64,000 nucleotides of DNA from a virus (Duplodnaviria > Caudoviricetes), in the IMG/VR virus record IMGVR_UViG_2595698952_000001, positions 128,001-192,000 of that record; one strand, given 5' to 3'. The position numbers and the translations under genes were made by a program. The notes below the pieces were generated by a model, which made no database searches, was not told where the DNA came from, and saw only the letters and a list, made by a program, of their open reading frames with translations. Numbering within the stretch: the first letter of the stretch is position 1; each line of letters opens with the position of its first letter. This document shows, in pieces, positions 40,689 through 47,102 of this stretch.

Positions 40689-41212
40689 TGAGGGGTTGGG
40701 TGAAGTGAAGAAACGTGGCACACCAATAAGTCCACGTTAACCGGATTGCATAAAGCACTACCTGCGGGTAGGCAATCCTGCCGTCTAACATTATTCGGTG
40801 ATTAAACATGGAAGAGTTGTTCAGAGCGTTTCTGTACCGAATGGGTACCTGGTTGAAAGACCTCAAGCTCTGGAAGCTCGATTGCTATTGGTTATCAGGA
40901 TGTGGGACTGAACGCCATAAACCTGTTTTAGGACGAGAGTCCTCAACCCAGGCGAAGTCCGTTACGGACGAAGGTCAAGCACCGGCCCATTAAGCCGACT
41001 CGCTGACATAGGCAACCTTCACCCCACAATCTGAATGTAACTGATGGGATTGAGTTCCCAGTGTGAAAGAGTAGCAGTGTGCTACTGAGTTCCTCCCTGG
41101 GACTGCTGAGCAGCGAGGGAATAGGGCCAAGAAGAAAGTAAGTAGGGTTGGTGCTTGGAGGCGCTAAGACCGGGGGATACCCTGGCTCAGAAGAAGAAGT
41201 CCATCAACCTCA
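40689..41212 (+). ncRNA. candidate large ornate structured RNA (~525 nt)
   Basis: Closing stem TGAGG/CCTCA; domain stems GGGTGAAG/CTTCACCC and TGATGGG/TCCATCA; more than ten internal helices; directly upstream of tRNA-Gly. Confidence 0.65.
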
Positions 41213-41218
41213 CTTAAT

Positions 41219-41294
41219 GCGAGTATAGCTCAGCTGGTAGAGCTTCTGGTTCCCAACCAGACGGTCGTGAGTTCGAATCTCATTGCTCGCTCCA
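41219..41294 (+). tRNA. trnG: tRNA-Gly(CCC)
   Basis: Cloverleaf, TCTGG-TTCCCAA-CCAGA, TCCA end. Confidence 0.92.
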
Positions 41295-41403
41295 ACAAAA
41301 TCAATGACTTATAGCGATTTCCCCATTTCGCTACAAGACAACCTAAGTATATGTAAAACAACCAAGACGTGTGCGAATTCGAAGTTGAGTTCTCAGACGT
41401 ATT

Positions 41404-41489
41404 GGCGCGGTACTCAAGTGGTCAACGAGAGCAGACTGTAAATCTGTTGCCTTCGGGCTTCGTAGGTTCAAATCCTTCCCTCGCCACCA
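41404..41489 (+). tRNA. trnY: tRNA-Tyr(GTA)
   Basis: Cloverleaf with long variable arm, CT-GTA-AA, ACCA end. Confidence 0.92.
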
Positions 41490-41495
41490 ATATTT

Positions 41496-41570
41496 GTTCC
41501 TGTCGTCTAGTGGTAAGGACACCTGGTTTTCAACCAGGCAACCGGAGTTCAATTCTCCGCAGGAACGCCA
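41496..41570 (+). tRNA. trnE: tRNA-Glu(TTC)
   Basis: Cloverleaf, CCTGG-TTTTCAA-CCAGG, GCCA end. Confidence 0.92.
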
Positions 41571-41575
41571 AACAA

Positions 41576-41722
41576 TGACACTGACCCTCGCCGCCATTGA
41601 GCAGCTTAGAGGTCTGGCAGCCAATAAAGGCATCCGTAAGTAACCGTAGCCTTCGGGCGTAGATGGTGAAAGCCGCCAAGTGCAGCCTTAGAACTCCGTG
41701 GGATTCGGAGGAGTGTCACCCA
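41576..41722 (+). ncRNA. 147-nt CCA-ended tRNA-like RNA
   Basis: 7-bp acceptor-like stem TGACACT/AGTGTCA + C-CCA; T-arm-like CTCCG-TGGGATT-CGGAG; expanded internal arms. Confidence 0.6.
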
Positions 41723-41726
41723 TTTT

Positions 41727-41804
41727 AGGATTGTAGCTCAGTTGGTCTAGAGTGCCGCCCTGTCACGGCGGAGGTCGCGGGTTCGAGCCCCGTCAGTCCT
41801 GCCA
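41727..41804 (+). tRNA. trnD: tRNA-Asp(GTC)
   Basis: Cloverleaf, CT-GTC-AC, GCCA end. Confidence 0.95.
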
Positions 41805-41813
41805 TTTTTAAAT

Positions 41814-41889
41814 TGCGTCTTAGCTCAGTTGGTAGAGCGCACCCCTGATAAGGGTGAGGTCACTGGTTCAAGTCCAGTAGATGCAACCA
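41814..41889 (+). tRNA. trnI: tRNA-Ile(GAT)
   Basis: Cloverleaf, CT-GAT-AA, ACCA end. Confidence 0.95.
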
Positions 41890-41895
41890 GTATTC

Positions 41896-41971
41896 GGTTC
41901 TGTAGCTTAGCTGGTAGAGCACGCCACTCATAATGGCGCGGTCGTTGGTTCGAATCCAGCCAGAACCACCA
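41896..41971 (+). tRNA. tRNA with CAT anticodon (elongator Met or Ile2)
   Basis: Cloverleaf, CGCCA-CTCATAA-TGGCG, ACCA end; lacks the initiator GGG/CCC stem. Confidence 0.9.
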
Positions 41972-41978
41972 TTTCAAC

Positions 41979-42056
41979 GGTGTATGTAGTTCAGCTGGTT
42001 AGAATACTGGCTTGTGACGTCAGTGGTCGAGAGTTCGAGTCTCTCCATACACCCCA
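41979..42056 (+). tRNA. trnH: tRNA-His(GTG)
   Basis: Cloverleaf, TT-GTG-AC, G-1:C73, CCA end. Confidence 0.92.
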
Positions 42057-42061
42057 ATTCT

Positions 42062-42151
42062 GGAGAATTGTCCGAGAGGCTTAAAGAGCTCCCCTGCTAA
42101 GGGAGTGGTGGCGAAAGCTGCCCGTGTGTTCGAATCACACATTCTCCGCCA
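42062..42151 (+). tRNA. trnS: tRNA-Ser(GCT)
   Basis: Cloverleaf with long variable arm, CT-GCT-AA, GCCA end. Confidence 0.92.
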
Positions 42152-42157
42152 AACAAT

Positions 42158-42277
42158 AGTCGCCTAGCTCAAGATTAGAGCACACCTTACGACCAATACT
42201 GACCAACACGCACCGCGGTGCAATAATGGCGGTGGCGTGATGTGCGGTTACCGGTTCAAGTCCGGTGGTGACTTCCC
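42158..42277 (+). ncRNA. tRNA-like RNA with a ~50-nt structured insertion replacing the anticodon loop
   Basis: Acceptor AGTCGCC/GGTGACT, D-arm GCTC/GAGC, T-arm ACCGG-TTCAAGT-CCGGT; ends T-CCC. Confidence 0.65.
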
Positions 42278-42284
42278 TATAATG

Positions 42285-42347
42285 GCTACTCCCGGTCGGT
42301 CTGGGGTCGTCTGTAAAGACGAGGATGGTTCAAATCCGTCAGTGGCA
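42285..42347 (+). ncRNA. minimal tRNA-like cloverleaf (63 nt) with Tyr-like CTGTAAA loop
   Basis: GCTACT/AGTGGC, CCCGG/CTGGG, TCGTC/GACGA, GATGG-TTCAAAT-CCGTC. Confidence 0.5.
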
Positions 42348-42348
42348 A

Positions 42349-42425
42349 GAGCGATGCTGTTAAGATGGTTAACACCCGACTCATAATCGGATATTCGCAG
42401 GTTCGATTCCTGTCATCGTTCGCCC
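42349..42425 (+). tRNA. atypical/pseudo tRNA with CAT anticodon
   Basis: 8-bp acceptor GAGCGATG/CATCGTTC, CCGA-CTCATAA-TCGG, T-arm GCAGG-TTCGATT-CCTGT; ends G-CCC. Confidence 0.55.
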
Positions 42426-42431
42426 TATTTT

Positions 42432-42508
42432 GGTTCCATAGCTCAGTTGGTTAGAGCGGCTGCCTGTTAAGCAGTAGGTCCCTGGTTCGAGTCCAGGTGG
42501 TACCGCCA
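42432..42508 (+). tRNA. trnN: tRNA-Asn(GTT)
   Basis: Cloverleaf, CT-GTT-AA, GCCA end. Confidence 0.93.
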
Positions 42509-42510
42509 CA

Positions 42511-42706
42511 TTTGTGTTGCCCTAGTCCCGAAGACGTTCCGGAAAAACCTATTCATGGTCGGGGGTAACACGAACACATTCGCTGTCTTGCATCCTTTAC
42601 GTTAGTCTCCAGACGCGTTTCGGGGCGCGGGACGGTGAACCCCTTTCTGGTTGCATTTCCATTTTCATGAACCCTGCCTGGTGTGTTGGTGTTTATGTAA
42701 CCAGAA
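42511..42706 (+). ncRNA. three tandem long-stem, large-loop hairpins
   Basis: 12-13 bp stems with 35-38 nt loops and 4-5 nt spacers; many G-U pairs favour the + strand. Confidence 0.5.
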
Positions 42707-42803
42707 TCAATTAGCCCATGCCGATGTGCTATTGTCTTCCGAACGCGACCCGCGTTCTGCCCAGGAAGACGCCTGCTGTAGTTTCAATGCCAGTACCAGG
42801 GAA

Positions 42804-42847
42804 GCACCTACTCTTCGGAGTAGGTGCAATCTCTTTTTATTTTTTTG
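42804..42847 (+). terminator. terminator closing the tRNA/ncRNA transcript
   Basis: GCACCTACTC-TTCG-GAGTAGGTGC + T-rich tail. Confidence 0.8.
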
Positions 42848-42882
42848 CATTCAAAAATATCACAGATATATTTTACCTATTG
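42846..42882 (+). promoter_or_regulatory. putative phage RNAP promoter (copy of the 20016 motif)
   Basis: TGCATTCAAAAA..AGATATATTTTAC. Confidence 0.55.
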
Positions 42883-42943
42883 GAGATGAGAAAACCTTAT
42901 CTCCAAGCGACCCATTCGACTATAGCCTTAAAGGAGTTATACC

Positions 42944-43921
42944 ATGCCACGTAATTATCGCCCTACTGCTGCTTCTGCCATCGATGGTTTAGTGGCTGCG
43001 CATTACAGTCGTGAAGAAGCAACCATGATTCGCCCGTTCCTGCCTTTGCACTTCGATAACTTCGTTGCATTACCGAGTGCGAACTATGAATTCTGGAGTG
43101 CGTACCGTGCGGTACAAGATGCCCTGACGTACGACCGTCACAAGTTCCGTTTCTATTTCTGGCGTGATGAAGAAAAGAGCCACATCCCAAACAGCCCGTA
43201 CGTCAAGATGTACTACGAATCCCCCACGTTCAAAGCAGAGTTCAGCACCATTGAATTCATCCGTCACTTTGGCCGTGCTCTGTTTACTGACCATGGCTCA
43301 GATGGCCTGGGACGTAAGCTCAATTACGTTAACGGTGGATTACGGATTAAGACCCGTATCCTGAGAGAGTTGTTTGATGAGATTGGTAAAGAGACTGATA
43401 ACCCAGCACCGTGGTTCAACGGGTATCGTCGTCCAACCATCTCGGTACTGATTCCACCCCAGCCAACTGTGTTCACTCCACGCGAAGTATTAATCGCCTG
43501 GCGTGCCGGTGAGCGCGTTCATCGTACGTTACACGGTGGTCGCTTTGACCGTAAGCAACACTGGATTAACCCAATGCAAGATGGTTGGGATATTGCCCGC
43601 TACTTAGACTTGCAGGCATACCGTGAGTCAAAAGGTTTCATCTCGTCACAAGAGTTCCACCGTCTGCGTTCGGATGTCATCACGGTATTAACGGCCACGG
43701 ATATTTTCCCGGCCTACACCATGTACCACCGTTCACTGATTCTTAACAACCATATCTTCGGCGAGTCTATCGACCCCACTGGGTATCAACGATTAGATTT
43801 GCCAGCAGTTGACAACGTTCATCCCATCGGGTACCTCACCCCGAAGAACAATTACAGCGTAACCATGCCGAGCGATGTGTTCAGCATGTTTACACCGGAT
43901 GAATGGCACGCCGTATTGTAG
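42944..43921 (+). CDS. hypothetical protein
   Basis: AAGGAG RBS; 325 aa. Confidence 0.75.
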   Translation: MPRNYRPTAASAIDGLVAAHYSREEATMIRPFLPLHFDNFVALPSANYEFWSAYRAVQDALTYDRHKFRFYFWRDEEKSHIPNSPYVKMYYESPTFKAEFSTIEFIRHFGRALFTDHGSDGLGRKLNYVNGGLRIKTRILRELFDEIGKETDNPAPWFNGYRRPTISVLIPPQPTVFTPREVLIAWRAGERVHRTLHGGRFDRKQHWINPMQDGWDIARYLDLQAYRESKGFISSQEFHRLRSDVITVLTATDIFPAYTMYHRSLILNNHIFGESIDPTGYQRLDLPAVDNVHPIGYLTPKNNYSVTMPSDVFSMFTPDEWHAVL

Positions 43922-43935
43922 GTGAAGTCGATGCT

Positions 43936-43968
43936 TAGGGGTCCTTAGTGGCCCCTATTTTTTTTTTG
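43936..43968 (+). terminator. intrinsic terminator
   Basis: TAGGGGTC...GGCCCCTA + T11. Confidence 0.7.
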
Positions 43969-44009
43969 TATTTTTACGGTTCCGCTATTAGTTATAGGAG
44001 GTAGTCGCC

Positions 44010-44417
44010 GTGAAACATACAACTCATCAATATCTGGAATTCTATTCCGCGTTAGAACAAGGCAGTATCCCGACTTCCATTAATCCAGGAAGTGAATGGG
44101 AGCAACATCTCTTCTGCGATTTAATCCCGTTACTGACAATGCACCCGCATTACCAGAAATGGTTTGAGTCGTTAGAGAAAGTCCACGCTGTTGGATTCCG
44201 CCGTGGGGTTGATTCCCCGGTGGTCGATACAGGCATCAACATTACCCGCACTGAGTGCACCTCACCCACCGAGAAGTTCATTAACTCATTCATGAAAGAA
44301 ATGGCCAATGCTTTAATCAGTAGAAGCCATCCCTATGAGGAACTGTTCGCGGTGTTGCTGGATGGGATTTATACATTCCAACTCAAACATTATAAAACCC
44401 TTTCCACACTACATTAA
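44010..44417 (+). CDS. hypothetical protein
   Basis: AGGAGG RBS + GTG; 135 aa. Confidence 0.7.
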   Translation: MKHTTHQYLEFYSALEQGSIPTSINPGSEWEQHLFCDLIPLLTMHPHYQKWFESLEKVHAVGFRRGVDSPVVDTGINITRTECTSPTEKFINSFMKEMANALISRSHPYEELFAVLLDGIYTFQLKHYKTLSTLH

Positions 44418-44485
44418 CCTTTTTTACGGCACCTACCATTTCTTTTGGGAGTCTGTGCTGTAATAGATTCCAAAGGAGACGTAAC

Positions 44486-44875
44486 ATGAAGACGAAACTG
44501 CGTCCGATGGACGTGATTATGGCTCATCCGGATACCCTCAAGAACATTAAGCCACGCAGTGAACTTGATAGTGCCCTTATCGAGATGACACTGTGGGGTT
44601 TCACATTCCACCCGGATGAACACCACAACACGAAGCATTTGGATGTGGCTGCTGATGCAGAGATTGACTGGTCGGTTAAAGAGGGTTTCGAAGATGTAGA
44701 AGCCTACGTGACCAGTTCCACGCAACCAGCCCGTTTCCCGGTTGCTGGTGAAGCTGAGAACATTATCTCTTTGCGCCGCTTGCTTAACGCGCAACCCGAA
44801 GTTGTCCGCGAGGGAGATGCGTGGGCGGCTGGCACAGCGTGCCATTTGAAGAACATGCTTACCCAGGCCGGTTAA
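44486..44875 (+). CDS. hypothetical protein
   Basis: AAGGAG RBS; 129 aa. Confidence 0.7.
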   Translation: MKTKLRPMDVIMAHPDTLKNIKPRSELDSALIEMTLWGFTFHPDEHHNTKHLDVAADAEIDWSVKEGFEDVEAYVTSSTQPARFPVAGEAENIISLRRLLNAQPEVVREGDAWAAGTACHLKNMLTQAG

Positions 44876-44885
44876 AATAGAAGTA

Positions 44886-44926
44886 CCCCTACTCGATTGA
44901 GTAGGGGCTGTTTCTTTTTTTTTCTT
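44886..44926 (+). terminator. terminator between convergent genes
   Basis: CCCCTACTC-GATT-GAGTAGGGG + T-tract. Confidence 0.75.
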
Positions 44927-45739
44927 TTACGCTTTGAAACGTCCGGCGTTAAGATAGTTGTAACGGTTACCGATGTCATCGTTGTGGATGAGTGCACGTT
45001 GCATCCGCGGTAAGTTGTCGTTGAACATCTCACCGGAATCTTCATACTTCTCAATGAAGTTACGGAAGGCACCGAACTCCATCCCGTTTTCCAGTTTCCC
45101 GGCATCCATGTCAAACATCATCTTGTTGTAGATGTACTGTCGGGTAGCGTACAACCCTAAGTCAGCGACAACCGGATAGAACGGCGGTTTGATTTCGTTC
45201 AGGTCATCAGACAACATGAACTTCGCCATAATCTTCGTGGCGTAGACAAACATGCCTGGGTCTTTGATACGAATCACGTTCGGGCCTAATACCTTACATT
45301 CCGGCGAACCGATACGGGGCATGGCGGACTGACTGTCAACGACCTGCTGGGTGGAAGACATTACCCCGGTCGATGCACCATCAAGGTATGAACCCGCGGG
45401 CGGTAGCGTGTACGCTTGTCCCGCGACCGGCGTAACCGCCAGGTGTGCATCAATAAGCGGACGACCACCCGTTTTGATATCGTCGATGTAATAGACACGA
45501 CTGTAGTAGTCTTGCGTGTCGTTTTCATACGCCACCCCCTGTAAGTCAATCTCGGTATACTGACCCATCCGTGAGACTTCGGGAATCAAATACTCCTTAA
45601 AGACTTTTTCGCTGATCTCGTTATCCAGGGAAGAGGCGATCCCGAGTAGGCGAAGGTTTTCTGGTGCAAATGCAGCCCGTAGAATGGGCTCTGGGATCTC
45701 GCGGCGGATACGCCGGAGACAATAATCGATAACACTCAT
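44927..45739 (-). CDS. conserved virion structural protein
   Basis: AGGAG RBS + ATG 45739 (MSVIDYCLRRIRREIPEPILRAAF); late-type TATG upstream. Confidence 0.6.
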   Translation of the reverse strand: MSVIDYCLRRIRREIPEPILRAAFAPENLRLLGIASSLDNEISEKVFKEYLIPEVSRMGQYTEIDLQGVAYENDTQDYYSRVYYIDDIKTGGRPLIDAHLAVTPVAGQAYTLPPAGSYLDGASTGVMSSTQQVVDSQSAMPRIGSPECKVLGPNVIRIKDPGMFVYATKIMAKFMLSDDLNEIKPPFYPVVADLGLYATRQYIYNKMMFDMDAGKLENGMEFGAFRNFIEKYEDSGEMFNDNLPRMQRALIHNDDIGNRYNYLNAGRFKA

Positions 45740-45860
45740 TCTAGAGCTCCTGTAAAGCACGTACGTCGGTTCATAGCATCGGGTAATATGATTGCTAACG
45801 CCAATAAAAAATACGCGTAGCGCCCTTTCTGTGCGCACCATACTCGAAGATATTTTGCAT

Positions 45861-45876
45861 AGATATTATCTTCGTG
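45861..45876 (+). promoter_or_regulatory. putative early promoter AGATATTATC..TG
   Basis: Repeated motif, upstream of the 45.9-50 kb operon. Confidence 0.5.
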
Positions 45877-45899
45877 AAGTTCCCCTTAAGGAGTATTAA

Positions 45900-46223
45900 A
45901 TGACGCGCGTGTATTTCAATTTTCGATTAGACGTGAGTCACGTATTAACGCTGAGTCCCCAGAGGGCGTTGCTCTGTATGCAAGAGCTCATCTATCCGGG
46001 GCTACATGACTTACCGTCTGAGCACTTAAGTATTGCCGAAAGATATTTCGGTTCGGAAGCGTGGTACATGATATCAGCACTCGGTCGTTACCATCGCAAT
46101 CCTTTCCTTTACAATAACGGAGTTGTGCAAACGTGGTCAGAATTCACCTCGAGCCAAATGCGGTTCACAATTGCTTCTGGGGCGCAGTGGAGTCATCCTC
46201 ATATGCTACCACTTTGCGGATGA
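45900..46223 (+). CDS. hypothetical protein
   Basis: AAGGAG RBS; first gene of an overlapping operon. Confidence 0.65.
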   Translation: MTRVYFNFRLDVSHVLTLSPQRALLCMQELIYPGLHDLPSEHLSIAERYFGSEAWYMISALGRYHRNPFLYNNGVVQTWSEFTSSQMRFTIASGAQWSHPHMLPLCG

Positions 46224-46786
46224 CACCTCAGGAGAAACAGACCGTTACGGTGCAGTTGCTACACACGGCATTGGAAGACATCTTTTATTCCATTCCGTCT
46301 GAACCCAACTGTCGCCTGTCCGACCACTTAGAACCGTTCGTCGATTGTTTTGAATTGACAATGGCATTGGTGGCCGATCAAATCATTGCACCGCCTAAGC
46401 GTATTCAGCGTAATACGTTGATAGTGTCTAACGGAGGGTTGGGAGCATCTCCAGTTGGGCGGCGGTCACAAGAAGTGGCGGTATTAAAACCGGCCAGTTA
46501 TCTTCTGGGCATTGCTTTTGAACCTTGCTACGACGTGTTCCTTAACGAAGTAGAAGGTGTTGTGCGTGCGGCTTTCGAAGCGGCGAAGCAACCGTATAAC
46601 CGTTATGCAACGGTCGAGGTTGAACCGCATCTCACCCCGCGTGGTCAGGTAGCTACACTGGAGTTGAAAATTGGAGAGGACATCCGCTTTATCCACTACC
46701 GCAAGTCCTTCCCAAACAAAAGATATCGTCCACATGACGCTCATCGATCACATCGCGAGCAAGGCGTATCTGAGGATTTTGAATGA
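46220..46786 (+). CDS. hypothetical protein
   Basis: ATGA overlap with the upstream stop. Confidence 0.6.
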   Translation: MTPQEKQTVTVQLLHTALEDIFYSIPSEPNCRLSDHLEPFVDCFELTMALVADQIIAPPKRIQRNTLIVSNGGLGASPVGRRSQEVAVLKPASYLLGIAFEPCYDVFLNEVEGVVRAAFEAAKQPYNRYATVEVEPHLTPRGQVATLELKIGEDIRFIHYRKSFPNKRYRPHDAHRSHREQGVSEDFE

Positions 46787-47102
46787 CGATAGGTTGGCCA
46801 GTCGTTCAGGTTACGACATCCAACAAATCAAACACATCATCCTGGACTTGATTGAGTATTTTGTCGGCAATGTAACGGAACATGGAGCATGGGACAGTCG
46901 TGTCGTGACGGCTATCGCAAACTGCTACCGGAAATCCAGCGCAGCGGAAGTGACGATGTTTGCTACACAGGTGCGTCTGGCCATGAGCGAGGAAATGGGC
47001 ATTCCTCTCAAAGGTTGGCGTTATCATTATCGGATAGTGGGTAGGTTTATCCGCTTTATCCCTCGCAAGATAACAGACGTTTATGATGACTATCTACCTT
47101 GA
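46734..47102 (+). CDS. hypothetical protein
   Basis: In operon; start uncertain. Confidence 0.55.
   Translation: MTLIDHIASKAYLRILNDDRLASRSGYDIQQIKHIILDLIEYFVGNVTEHGAWDSRVVTAIANCYRKSSAAEVTMFATQVRLAMSEEMGIPLKGWRYHYRIVGRFIRFIPRKITDVYDDYLP

Noticed and set aside
40808-40993. 61-aa ORF inside the large RNA candidate
   Set aside because: No Shine-Dalgarno, and the sequence is better explained by extensive helices; not formally excluded
40689-41212. tmRNA, RNase P RNA or group I intron identity for the large RNA
   Set aside because: No tRNA-Ala-like ends or tag ORF. AAGAAGAAGTCC loosely resembles RNase P and group I S elements, but the partner motifs and spacing are missing and no interrupted gene flanks it
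42511-42706. CRISPR array interpretation of the 35-38 nt loops
   Set aside because: The flanking stems share no repeated sequence and no cas genes are present; no CRISPR array was seen anywhere in the window
41343-42992. ORFs overlapping tRNAs and the final hairpin/terminator region
   Set aside because: They overlap clear tRNA genes or run through the terminator
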